This document shows positions 1-8,729 of a DNA stretch of 11,757 nucleotides, one piece after another. Each line of letters starts with the position of its first letter. Position 1 is the stretch's first letter. The position numbers were made by a program, and so were the translations under genes. Below the pieces are notes generated by a model that ran no database searches, was not told where the DNA came from, and saw nothing but the letters and a program-made list of their open reading frames with translations. Source of the stretch: Candidatus Micrarchaeaceae archaeon (GTDB lineage Archaea > Micrarchaeota > Micrarchaeia > Micrarchaeales > Micrarchaeaceae); assembly GCA_050013715.1 (NCBI GenBank), contig JBEKES010000029.1, positions 1-11,757 of the forward strand. Reading direction: 5' to 3'.

Positions 1-2
1 CG

Positions 3-668
3 AACTTCACTGCCGGTTTGCTGACATGCATTTTCGCGCAGATAATAGCTGATGTTTACGTAGAGGATATCAAGGAAGCTGCACTGGTAAGCGACTACAG
101 CACCTATGCCGATTACAGCGATGAGAATGCAAAGAAAAATTCCATACTGCTCGATTATCTGACCTCTACGGAGAAGGAATCGCACGGCAAGCCCAAGCAG
201 ATGGATTTCATAATTACGGACAGGGAAAAATCCGATGAGGTGTTTTCCCATGCGAAGGAAATGCTTGACGAATCGATAGATATCGGCATCAAGAACGTGA
301 AAAGCTTTAGAAGTGAGAAAGGCACCAACATATTCGTGCTTGACTTTGAGCACATCGCGAAAATGCAGTTCGATTATCCTCTTCCCGGTAGATACAGCTC
401 AAAGCTTCAGGATCATATGGAATCGATGAACAACGGCAACACCATAACCATAGTGCACTACGGTAATTATATCTCAGTGAGAGTTAGCAGGGACATCTCC
501 GATTCCGTAAAGTTATTGGATCTGATAGAGAAGATGAAAATTGACACAAAGGGCGCAGTATCAGGCGGAGGGCACAAGCAGGCGGCAAGCATAAAGGCGA
601 ACAAGGACAACATAAAGGAAGTTACCAAACTTCTTCTTGCAGAATTAGGGGTAAGGCAGGATAATTAG
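3..668 (+). CDS. RecJ-like DHH-family phosphoesterase/nuclease, C-terminal part with DHHA1 domain (5'-truncated by window edge)
   Basis: Frame is open from position 3 to TAG at 666-668. The C-terminus has the DHHA1 signature (ISVRVS...SGGGHKQAASI). The catalytic DHH motifs lie upstream of the window, so function is assigned by family only. Confidence 0.75.
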   Translation, partial: NFTAGLLTCIFAQIIADVYVEDIKEAALVSDYSTYADYSDENAKKNSILLDYLTSTEKESHGKPKQMDFIITDREKSDEVFSHAKEMLDESIDIGIKNVKSFRSEKGTNIFVLDFEHIAKMQFDYPLPGRYSSKLQDHMESMNNGNTITIVHYGNYISVRVSRDISDSVKLLDLIEKMKIDTKGAVSGGGHKQAASIKANKDNIKEVTKLLLAELGVRQDN

Positions 669-1135
669 GTTGATTTCTCTATTAGTTGTCCAGATGTAAG
701 ATGATTGAACCCTACCTGCAAATTGGTATAGCTTATTACAAAATATCCCTTGTACAATGTTCCCGGCTGCGATACAAAAATAGTTCCGTTGGAATAGCAC
801 GGAGCAGATAAAGTGACATTGGAGCCTATCGGCAAATAGATCTGACTAGGTCCTATGTAATTTGTCATGTTGGTGGAATTGCCTATCATGTTGCAGCCAA
901 CTCCTGTTATGTTTATGGGAGAGCCTGTCGATTGCTGAATATTTACTGTTACTATACCATTGGAATACAGGAATGCGCTAAGGCATCCGAAATCCGCATG
1001 GAATATGCACTGGTTCGATACAAAATAATTAGGATTGAAAAGCCCCAGCGCGTATATTGCGCCAAGCGTTATTGTTATGATGATGATCGCCCAGCTGTAG
1101 GTTATTAGGTACTCTATTGCGCTTTGTGCTTTCAT
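665..1135 (-). CDS. Archaeal type IV pilin-like protein with class III signal peptide
   Basis: N-terminus MKA|QSAIEYLITYSWAIIIITITLGAIYALGLF fits the [KR][GA]|QxxxE class III motif followed by a hydrophobic helix. The rest is an S/T/N/G-rich, beta-type domain with 4 Cys. Its stop codon overlaps that of the convergent DHH gene (665-668). Confidence 0.8.
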   Translation of the reverse strand: MKAQSAIEYLITYSWAIIIITITLGAIYALGLFNPNYFVSNQCIFHADFGCLSAFLYSNGIVTVNIQQSTGSPINITGVGCNMIGNSTNMTNYIGPSQIYLPIGSNVTLSAPCYSNGTIFVSQPGTLYKGYFVISYTNLQVGFNHLTSGQLIEKST

Positions 1136-1167
1136 ACAATCATTTACTATGCCAACAAATTAAAAGT

Positions 1168-2406
1168 TTACTGATTATTCAGCATATATTCTATTTCCTT
1201 GTCGTCCAGCTGAAAAGTACTTGCAAGGTAATCAAATACCTCTTGTTTGACCTCCTTATTATCCTTTACTGCCCTTGCCACGGATTGCGAGAGCAGTCTC
1301 ATCTCATTTTTTATTATCTTGCTTATGCTGGAATGGAATACCCGCTGAAGCTTTGCTGCAATTATCTTGTTCTGGTTTCTCGACGTTTTCGAGCTGCTGA
1401 GTTCCTTTATTACCTTGGGAAAACCATAGGGATTGCTAGTATTAGGGTATTCCTTTTTGGATAGGGCGATTCCGCTGGACATTAGTACATTCATGTACCT
1501 CCAATAAGTGTAATACTGGCTTCTTGTCGCCCTGGAGCCGAATATGGTTGCATAGGCAAGCGACTCAAACGCATAGTACATTTCCTCATTTTGCCTGTAT
1601 CTTCTGGGTATGTTCTCGTCAATCCATTTTATCAGCATGTCATTGGTAAGATCGGAGCTTGTTATGGATCTTAACGGCGCAGAGAACGTATTGGTAAGAA
1701 AGATCTTGTCAAGAAGATTAAATACGTCTATCTTCCTGTCCCGAAGGCCTATCACTTCGGTAATTTCCTCGTTATCCTCTGCTCCTATGATTACGGAAAG
1801 GTCGTTTATTGCGCTCCTTGCGTCGCCGTTTGCCCTGTGCGCTATCATCTCAAGTGCATTCCTGTTTACTTTAAGGGAAAAGCGGCTGCACAAATTTGTC
1901 AATACTTTCTGCATAACTTCCGTATTTAATTTCTTGAATGCAACTGGCTCTGTCTTGCCCCTCAGGAATGATATGCTCTGGTCCCACATGTCATTTGCTA
2001 TGAATATTATCGGATTTTTCGATTCATTTATTATAGTATTTATTACTGGCGCAGCGCCCCTGTCGAACCCTGCGGCAAGCTCATCTATCTCATCGAGAAG
2101 TATGAGATTCCTGCTCTTGAAAAGCGGCTTGGAGGTAGCAGCCGAAAGAATTGTCTTTTCTATGGATTCCTTGTCCCTGTAGTCGCTTGCGTTCAATTCA
2201 ACAATATTCCAGTTGTTTTCCTTTGCAAGAAGCGAAGCTGCAACGCTCTTGCCGGTTCCTGAAGGCCCATACAGAAGCAAAGGCGCGTTCTTCATGTTCT
2301 TGCCTATGCCGCTGGCGAAACTCCTCATCTTGCCTATGGCAAATTCGTTGCCCAGCAGATTGTCAAGGCTTTCAACATCATACAAGTTAGATTCCTTTTT
2401 TTGCAT
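1168..2406 (-). CDS. rfcL: Replication factor C large subunit (clamp loader AAA+ ATPase)
   Basis: Walker A GPSGTGKS, IVELNASDYR, Walker B LILLDEID, sensor-2 region GDARSAINDL, and C-terminal WIDENIP / YWRY motifs typical of archaeal RFC-L. ATG at 2406 preferred; an alternative TTG lies at 2415. Confidence 0.92.
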   Translation of the reverse strand: MQKKESNLYDVESLDNLLGNEFAIGKMRSFASGIGKNMKNAPLLLYGPSGTGKSVAASLLAKENNWNIVELNASDYRDKESIEKTILSAATSKPLFKSRNLILLDEIDELAAGFDRGAAPVINTIINESKNPIIFIANDMWDQSISFLRGKTEPVAFKKLNTEVMQKVLTNLCSRFSLKVNRNALEMIAHRANGDARSAINDLSVIIGAEDNEEITEVIGLRDRKIDVFNLLDKIFLTNTFSAPLRSITSSDLTNDMLIKWIDENIPRRYRQNEEMYYAFESLAYATIFGSRATRSQYYTYWRYMNVLMSSGIALSKKEYPNTSNPYGFPKVIKELSSSKTSRNQNKIIAAKLQRVFHSSISKIIKNEMRLLSQSVARAVKDNKEVKQEVFDYLASTFQLDDKEIEYMLNNQ

Positions 2407-2483
2407 AAGAATCAATAATTAAGACCTTATTATTTAATATCTGTATACGTATATAATATATGCTGCGGACGCTAATGCATAAT

Positions 2484-2497
2484 ATAGTTATTTAAAT
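2484..2497 (+). promoter_or_regulatory. Putative TATA box region for uppS-DUF2070 (within AT-rich divergent rfcL/uppS intergenic region)
   Basis: ATAGTTATTTAAAT about 55 nt upstream of the uppS ATG. The same 12-mer ATAGTTATTTAA occurs upstream of asnS (6347-6358). Confidence 0.5.
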
Positions 2498-2550
2498 CAT
2501 CCTGCGTAATAGTAAATTAGGCAACACGACCTAATAAATGGTGCGGATTA

Positions 2551-3276
2551 ATGCAAAAAAGAAATGAAAAAACTATACCTCACGTGCCTAGCCATTTGGC
2601 TTTGATACCTGATGGAAACAGAAGATGGGCAAAAACCCACAAATTCAAAATATTCTCTGGCTATCAGATAGGTGTGGAGAAATTCATAGATTTCAGCATA
2701 TGGGCCAAGAGCTTCGGAGTGAAGACGCTTACCGTATGGGGATTATCCACAGAAAACATAAAGAACCGAAGCAAAACAGAGATAAATGCACTCTATGCAT
2801 TGTACGTCAATGCTGCAAAAGACTCTGCACTGCTTGAGAAATTAAAACAGAACGGGGCGCGCGTGAGAATAATCGGAAACCTTCAAATACTTCCGAAAAG
2901 GGTAAGGGAAGCGTTGCAATCTGTTGAGGAGAAAACAAAGGAATACAAAAACCTTACGATAAACATACTCATAGGATATGGGGGCAAGGAAGAGCTCCTA
3001 TATGCATTTAAGAAACTACGCGCATCCGCAATTAAAGGAAAGATAAATTCCATAAACGAGGCAATCGTGACCCAATTCATGCGCACCGCATCGCTCCCGG
3101 AAGTTGACTTCATAATAAGAACTTCAGGAGAAATGCGACTTTCCGGATTTCTTCCGTGGCAATCTGATTATTCTGAATTGTATTTCGCGAAGAAGTACTG
3201 GCCCGAATTTGAAAAGAAAGACCTTGAAAAGGCCCTGAGAGTCTTCTCGGAAAGGCAGAGAAGATTTGGCAAATGA
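2551..3276 (+). CDS. uppS: cis-prenyltransferase (polyprenyl/undecaprenyl diphosphate synthase)
   Basis: Motifs HLALIPDGNRRWA, LSTEN, GYGGKEE, IRTSGEMRLSGFLPWQSDYSELYF and C-terminal RRFGK. Confidence 0.95.
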   Translation: MQKRNEKTIPHVPSHLALIPDGNRRWAKTHKFKIFSGYQIGVEKFIDFSIWAKSFGVKTLTVWGLSTENIKNRSKTEINALYALYVNAAKDSALLEKLKQNGARVRIIGNLQILPKRVREALQSVEEKTKEYKNLTINILIGYGGKEELLYAFKKLRASAIKGKINSINEAIVTQFMRTASLPEVDFIIRTSGEMRLSGFLPWQSDYSELYFAKKYWPEFEKKDLEKALRVFSERQRRFGK

Positions 3277-3291
3277 GCTGCAAGTGTTTGT

Positions 3292-5139
3292 ATGGCTTCG
3301 AAAGGCGGCTATGATAAGTTCCTAAAGGATCTCAATCCATTTTCCATCGGCCTGCCAAGAACTACCGTATTATTTGTCCTATTATTTGTGATGAGCGTAG
3401 TAATGGGTATTGCGTCAGTTGCGCTGCTGAATCACAATGCAATAAACACAAAGTTCTCATCGATACTACTGAACGGAACAATAACCGGTATACTTGTCAT
3501 AATGCTGCCTACGCTGCTTACGATCATAATAGTAAAATCTGTGAAAAGATATGTAGACATGAAATACATATTCTTCATATCCATTATCGGCACGATATCC
3601 TATTCTATTTTCATACTGCTTGGAAGCATAGTGTTCATACTTACTAATGCCTATGCAACTGCAACCGCAATAATACTTGTGGGAGATGCGAGCATATTCG
3701 CCTGGTGGTTCTTTGCCGATAAGATGGTGCTTGGCCAGAAGAAAAAGGCATTCATACTCGCACTGATTCAGCCAACTTTGAATATACTATTGTACATTCC
3801 TTCAAGCCATTCGCTGCTCGCATTCAATACATCGCTGAATGTTTTGCTGATAAAATTGTATGCAGGAATTTTCATATTCCTAGTTGTATGCTATGCGATA
3901 ATCTATCTTGTAGATAGGCCATACAACAAGAACTTCGGTTTTCACAGCTTTGATGCATTCTCACAGATGCTGCAGAACTGGCTTTTTGACGTTAACATCT
4001 CTGCTCCGTTCGGATTCAAGGCAGGAACCCCTGCGGATATACAAACAGATACTATAATATTCAGAACTCAGAAAGGCAGCATAAAATCCATATTCTTCGC
4101 TCCTGATATACACTACGGCCCGGCAGGAACATTGGCAGGAAGCGATTTCCCGTATTTGCTTGAAAGATATTCCTCAATCAAGTACAATGCACCTACTTTC
4201 ATAATGCACTGCGCAGTTGACATGGACCATAATCCAATTTCCAGTACTCAATTCAATCAACTAAAAGAGGCATTGGACAATGGGGTCAAGGAGGCAAGGC
4301 ACTCAGGTCAAAGCAGTTACACATTCATGAGAAGTTCCTATAAAGATTCAAAAATTGCATTGATGGGTTTTGGCAGCGTGTCGCTTGTGACCCTTACCAG
4401 AGCGCCAAAAGTAACGGAAGATGTTTCCCTTGAAACTGCACTGCTGTTCCAGGAATTGCTGGAAAGCAAATTCGGACCTTCGATAATAATCGATGCACAC
4501 AATTCAAGATATGAAACAGCGCCGAAGGAGGAATTGGACGGAGTAAAATTCAACTCGATTGCAGCAAAGGAATACGTAAAAGCGATAAGGGCATTGGCCA
4601 AGCCTAATCACAAGACCAAGAAGCTCAGGATGGGCATTGCAAGCAGCGAAATATACCTGAAACTGAATCAGCCCATAGATATAGCAAAAGGCAACATGAA
4701 CGTTGCGATATTCGGATTCAACGGATTCAAATATGCAATGGTGCAATTCAATTCCAACAACGCACTGCCAACGATGAGAAATGCAATGGTAAAACACATA
4801 AAGAGCAAATACGGTATCGAAGCTGAATTATACACTACGGATACGCATGCTGTCAATTCACTGGAATACAATGCGGGCAACGTACTTGGAAGGCATACAA
4901 AATACACCGCATTGATAAAATTTGTAGACCAGAACATCGAAGAGGCACTTTCTAACATGGAATACGTAACCGCGCAGCACAGCAGAGTGGAAATGAAGAA
5001 ATTCAAGGTATGGGGAACAAATGCAATGGAAAACATACTCACTGTTGCAAAATCAATATACGGCGTCACAAGGATTCTGGTCCCTTTGATAATTGTAATG
5101 GGCTTCATAATAGCCGCATGGGTTATCTTGATAATATGA
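3292..5139 (+). CDS. DUF2070 family membrane protein (predicted membrane-associated metal-dependent hydrolase)
   Basis: About 6 N-terminal TM segments, a soluble domain with His-rich motifs (PDIHYGP, MHCAVDMDHNP, IDAHNS, TTDTHAVN) and one C-terminal TM helix; 615 aa. This is the architecture recalled for archaeal DUF2070/COG3356. Confidence 0.8.
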   Translation: MASKGGYDKFLKDLNPFSIGLPRTTVLFVLLFVMSVVMGIASVALLNHNAINTKFSSILLNGTITGILVIMLPTLLTIIIVKSVKRYVDMKYIFFISIIGTISYSIFILLGSIVFILTNAYATATAIILVGDASIFAWWFFADKMVLGQKKKAFILALIQPTLNILLYIPSSHSLLAFNTSLNVLLIKLYAGIFIFLVVCYAIIYLVDRPYNKNFGFHSFDAFSQMLQNWLFDVNISAPFGFKAGTPADIQTDTIIFRTQKGSIKSIFFAPDIHYGPAGTLAGSDFPYLLERYSSIKYNAPTFIMHCAVDMDHNPISSTQFNQLKEALDNGVKEARHSGQSSYTFMRSSYKDSKIALMGFGSVSLVTLTRAPKVTEDVSLETALLFQELLESKFGPSIIIDAHNSRYETAPKEELDGVKFNSIAAKEYVKAIRALAKPNHKTKKLRMGIASSEIYLKLNQPIDIAKGNMNVAIFGFNGFKYAMVQFNSNNALPTMRNAMVKHIKSKYGIEAELYTTDTHAVNSLEYNAGNVLGRHTKYTALIKFVDQNIEEALSNMEYVTAQHSRVEMKKFKVWGTNAMENILTVAKSIYGVTRILVPLIIVMGFIIAAWVILII

Positions 5140-5219
5140 TAATTTGTGACAAATGAATAGGGGCCGTTATAATTTTGCCTAAGTAAAGATTATTAATTCT
5201 AATCCATATTATATAATTT

Positions 5220-5747
5220 ATGGTAAATGTAATTGTTGCTTCAAATAACAAAGCTAAAATAGACGCAACACGCTTGATTTTTTCACAATATTTCCATGAT
5301 TTAAAAATATCCAATGCTACTGTCGAATCAGGGGTTCACCAGCAACCCACCAATGACGATGTATTCAAGGGCGCAGAGCAGCGGGCATTGGCATTAATAC
5401 AGACCGATGCGAATGCAGATTTTTCTGTGGGTATAGAAGGAGGCATAATAAAATATTTTAATAGATGGTTTCAGCTCGACTGCGTCTGCATAATAAACAA
5501 AACAGGACAGGTGTCCTTTGGTAATGCATCTTCATTCGAACTGCCAAATAGTATCGTTGCAGAACTCCAGAAAGGAAAGGAATTAAGCGTTGTTGTTGAT
5601 GAATTGTTGGGGAGAAATGACACACGTGAAATCGGAATAATAAACTATCTTTCAAAAGGACAGATGGACAAAACAAAGCATCTGGCCGAAGGGGTGCTTA
5701 TGGCTCTTTTACCATTAATAAACGAGCAACTATTTAAAAATAAATAA
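5220..5747 (+). CDS. yjjX: Non-canonical purine NTP phosphatase (inosine/xanthosine triphosphatase, YjjX/DUF84 family)
   Basis: Motifs VIVASNNKAK, VESGVHQQP, GAEQRA, SVGIEGGI, ELSVVVDEL and GIINYLSKG match the YjjX family; 175 aa. Confidence 0.88.
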   Translation: MVNVIVASNNKAKIDATRLIFSQYFHDLKISNATVESGVHQQPTNDDVFKGAEQRALALIQTDANADFSVGIEGGIIKYFNRWFQLDCVCIINKTGQVSFGNASSFELPNSIVAELQKGKELSVVVDELLGRNDTREIGIINYLSKGQMDKTKHLAEGVLMALLPLINEQLFKNK

Positions 5748-5817
5748 AGTTACTACGGCACTCGATTTTACTCTGATGGAGCTATCGCAAAGCATAAATC
5801 TGAATGTTTCTATGCAA

Positions 5818-5856
5818 TTTGGGTAGTAAAGATGACAACCCAAAAGTCTTTATATA
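5818..5856 (+). promoter_or_regulatory. Inverted repeat (TTTGGGT-N13-ACCCAAA) abutting a BRE/TATA box (TTTATATA 5849-5856) upstream of the TRAM gene
   Basis: Perfect 7-bp arms at 5818-5824 and 5838-5844, then a purine-rich stretch, then a canonical archaeal TATA box. Confidence 0.55.
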
Positions 5857-5942
5857 TGAACGACTGTAATATATACTACGGAGAAGAAGGACATAAAAGC
5901 TCTAATTCTACGTAAAAACAAAAAAAAGAGAAAGTGTATATA

Positions 5943-6215
5943 ATGTACCAAGATGATGGATCAGGCAGAAATAGCTCCTATGGAGGACGCAGAGAAGGGG
6001 GAAGAAGTTCCTATTCAGGCTCTTCAGAACCAAAGCCGGTTAAGGCTGGCGATGAGGTAGAAGTCAAGATAGAAGCAGTGGCATCCAAAGGGGATGGAAT
6101 TGCAAAGAAAGACGGCTTCGTAATCTTCATCAAGAACGCAAAGGAAGGCGAAACTGTGAAAGTCAGAATAACAGAAGTTAAGGAAAGATTCGCTATAGGA
6201 GAATTAATAAGCTAA
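5943..6215 (+). CDS. Single-domain TRAM protein (archaeal RNA chaperone / cold-shock-like) with G/R/S-rich N-terminal tail
   Basis: PKPVKAGDEVEVKIEAVASKGDGIAKKDGFVIFIKNAKEGETVKVRITEVKERFAIGE is a typical stand-alone archaeal TRAM domain. ATG at 5943 preferred over GTG at 5934. Confidence 0.92.
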   Translation: MYQDDGSGRNSSYGGRREGGRSSYSGSSEPKPVKAGDEVEVKIEAVASKGDGIAKKDGFVIFIKNAKEGETVKVRITEVKERFAIGELIS

Positions 6216-6228
6216 ATTTAAAAGCCTA

Positions 6229-6244
6229 TTTTTATTTTTTTCTT
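6229..6244 (+). terminator. Oligo-T tract, probable archaeal terminator of the TRAM gene
   Basis: TTTTTATTTTTTTCTT starting 14 nt after the TRAM stop codon. Confidence 0.55.
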
Positions 6245-6381
6245 AGGGGTTAGCATGAGCAATGCTTTCCCTTTCTAATTTTTTCTAACTAGACAAATCA
6301 AGCCCTAGGCATTTTCATTAAACACAAATAATAAACAAACTATACAATAGTTATTTAATTGCGTTATTGGAAAGTGTTACT

Positions 6382-7686
6382 ATGTTAAAAGCATATCAAA
6401 AAGTTTCAAGCGTAGGCGATGCCAGGAAAAGCAAGAAGGAAAGCATAACCGTTAAGGGCTGGATCTACAGGAAGAGGAGCAGCGGAGGCAAGATCTTTGC
6501 CGTAATACACGACCATACAGGTATTCTGCAGTGCATAATCGACAAGAGCACCATAACGAAAGAGGAATGGGAAAGCATAGAAAAGGCTTATCTTGAATCC
6601 AGCATAATAATCAGAGGTAATTTAAGAAAAGACGACCGCGCCCCAAACGGAATTGAATTGGATGTAAAAGAGCTCAGCATTGTGCATAGCGGCGAGCAGT
6701 TCCCAATCACAGAGTACCAGAGTCCTGAGCTTCTTCTTGATATAAGGCATTTGTGGATCAGAAGCCAAAGAATGCGAATGATAATGAAGGCGCGTTCCCA
6801 CGTATTCTCCTATTTAAGGGAATTCCTAGACAAGAAAGGATTCTGCGAGATAACCCCTCCTTTGCTTACCATATCTGGCGGCGAAACAGGGGCTAACCTC
6901 TTTGAAGTTGATTATTTCGACAAGAAGGTCTATCTTACCGAATCATCGCAGCTCTATGCCGAGGCGATGGTATATGCACTGGACAAAGTGTACTCGCTTG
7001 CTCCTACATACAGGGCAGAGAAATCAAGGACATTAAAACATCTGGCGGAATTTTGGATGCTAGAGCCTGAAATGGCCTATTACAACAACGAGATGAGCAT
7101 GAAGCTTCAATCGCAGCTTGTTAGCCATGTTGCACAGAGGCTTGCCAAGAAAGACGAAGATGTATTGAAGGAACTTAATGTTGATGTTGATTCCCTTCTC
7201 AAGATAAAACCTCCGTTCAAGAAATTCACCTATGAAAAGGCAATAGAAAAACTGCAGGAATTGGGCTCAGACAAGAAATGGGGAGATGATTTCGGCGTAG
7301 AAGAAGAACGTCTTCTTACCGAACATGAGGAAAAGCCAATATTTGTGTATAATTGGCCAAAGGAAATAAAGGCATTCTACATGCCTGTTAATAAGAGCGA
7401 CTCAAGAACTGTTGCCTGCGCAGACATGCTGGCTCCAAGAGGGCACGGTGAAATCATAGGAGGCAGCGAAAGGATCTGGAAAGAGGATGAATTAGTAGCA
7501 CGCATGAAGGAGCTAAACTTTAAAATAGATAACTACAAATGGTATATCGACCTTAGGAAATACGGATCGGTGCCGCATTCGGGATTTGGCATGGGAACGG
7601 AACGCTTAATAAAGTGGCTTCTGAATCTTGACCATATACGCGATGCAATACCATTCCCAAGAATGATAAACAGAGTGTCACCATAG
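6382..7686 (+). CDS. asnS: Asparagine--tRNA ligase (class IIb)
   Basis: OB-fold start (VKGWIYRKRSSGGKIF), RHLWIRS, SSQLYAE, motif 2 YRAEKSRTLKHLAEFWMLEPEM, GEIIGGSER, motif 3 PHSGFGMGTERL, IPFPR. QLYxE and EFW favour AsnRS over AspRS. ATG at 6382 preferred over TTG at 6367. Confidence 0.92.
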   Translation: MLKAYQKVSSVGDARKSKKESITVKGWIYRKRSSGGKIFAVIHDHTGILQCIIDKSTITKEEWESIEKAYLESSIIIRGNLRKDDRAPNGIELDVKELSIVHSGEQFPITEYQSPELLLDIRHLWIRSQRMRMIMKARSHVFSYLREFLDKKGFCEITPPLLTISGGETGANLFEVDYFDKKVYLTESSQLYAEAMVYALDKVYSLAPTYRAEKSRTLKHLAEFWMLEPEMAYYNNEMSMKLQSQLVSHVAQRLAKKDEDVLKELNVDVDSLLKIKPPFKKFTYEKAIEKLQELGSDKKWGDDFGVEEERLLTEHEEKPIFVYNWPKEIKAFYMPVNKSDSRTVACADMLAPRGHGEIIGGSERIWKEDELVARMKELNFKIDNYKWYIDLRKYGSVPHSGFGMGTERLIKWLLNLDHIRDAIPFPRMINRVSP

Positions 7687-7693
7687 TGAAATC

Positions 7694-8704
7694 ATGGTTG
7701 TTCAAAATGTGATAAGCCCCTATACGCTTGCATTCATAGTAGTAACTGCATTTGTAACTGCTTCATATTTATTCTACATATTCAGAAGGAAAGAGGCATT
7801 GAACATAATTCCGTTGCTGATAAGCATAGCAACTGTTTTGCTGCTCTACAAATTGATAGGCGTAACAAGTTCTGTAAATTACTACAACTTTCTGGCCCTT
7901 GACATATGCCTTGCCATGATTGCTACGATAATCGCAATATTCTACATCTCAAAGCCCTACATATTCATAACTCTGATAATACTTTTCGTAATCGGAATTT
8001 TGATTTACGTTAGCCTAAGCCCGATGAACAACGTGTTCGCAGGAATGTTCGCCATTGGAACAACATATGGAATGCTGTATAGAGAATTTGTTCTTAATCC
8101 AAAGAGATCTGAAGCTGCAATCAGCTCAGACAGGAAAAAGAGGCGAACAGAGATAAACAGGGATCTGGTGCACTTGGTTCTTGGCATTGTGCTTTTTGCA
8201 GTGCTATTCTTCTTTTCCTATGTAAATGCAATAACAGTGATATTCGGATTGATAATTATAGGCTATACTGGCAACAATCTGCTTGCGAATCTTAGGCTTA
8301 ATCCAGGCTATAGGAGAGCAGTGGATCTGGAGCGCAAGAACGTGACCTATGGATTGGGTGCGACTTACCTTGCCGCAAGCACCGCGCTTGTAATTGGGTT
8401 CACAAATGCAACAAGCATCGTAATGTTCGGATTGGTTGTACTATTCTTTGCGGATCCGCTTGCCACAATATTCGGAATAAGTGCAAGAGGTGCAGCGCAT
8501 CTGCCCTACAATAAATACAAGACCTATGTAGGGACTCTTACATTTTTCATAGTTGCGGCAATAGCAGGCTATTACTTCATAGGATTGTATGGCATACTAT
8601 TCGCAGCAATACTTGCATTTGTAGAGAGCATCAATCTGTCACTTGATGACAACATAAGAAGCGGAATTGTTATTGTCATACTTAGCTCGCTGCTCGGACT
8701 TTAA
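7694..8704 (+). CDS. CTP-dependent polyprenol/diacylglycerol kinase-like membrane protein (dolichol/phytol kinase superfamily) with extra N-terminal TM region
   Basis: Polytopic membrane protein with EINRDLVH (cf. RKxxH), ADPLATIFG (cf. GDxxAxxxG), KTYVGT (cf. KSxEGS) and LDDNI near the C-terminus. Confidence 0.7.
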   Translation: MVVQNVISPYTLAFIVVTAFVTASYLFYIFRRKEALNIIPLLISIATVLLLYKLIGVTSSVNYYNFLALDICLAMIATIIAIFYISKPYIFITLIILFVIGILIYVSLSPMNNVFAGMFAIGTTYGMLYREFVLNPKRSEAAISSDRKKRRTEINRDLVHLVLGIVLFAVLFFFSYVNAITVIFGLIIIGYTGNNLLANLRLNPGYRRAVDLERKNVTYGLGATYLAASTALVIGFTNATSIVMFGLVVLFFADPLATIFGISARGAAHLPYNKYKTYVGTLTFFIVAAIAGYYFIGLYGILFAAILAFVESINLSLDDNIRSGIVIVILSSLLGL

Positions 8705-8729
8705 TTGGAATATTATATTTGGTGATAAG

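Noticed and set aside
1117..2422. Several + strand ORFs (1117-1464, 1610-2182, 2151-2390, 2213-2422)
   Set aside because: Antisense shadows of rfcL with no recognisable motifs.
5142..5881. Palindrome ATTTGTGACAAAT (5142-5154) and direct repeat TACTACGG (5751-5758, 5874-5881) near yjjX as signs of a mobile insertion
   Set aside because: Short, not arranged as matching flanks of yjjX, no transposase or target duplication; compatible with chance in AT-rich spacers.
6931..6963. AsnRS LTESSQLYAE instead of LSQSxQLYLE as a sign of changed specificity
   Set aside because: That position is variable among AsnRS enzymes, and the S, Q and E residues and motifs 2/3 are retained.
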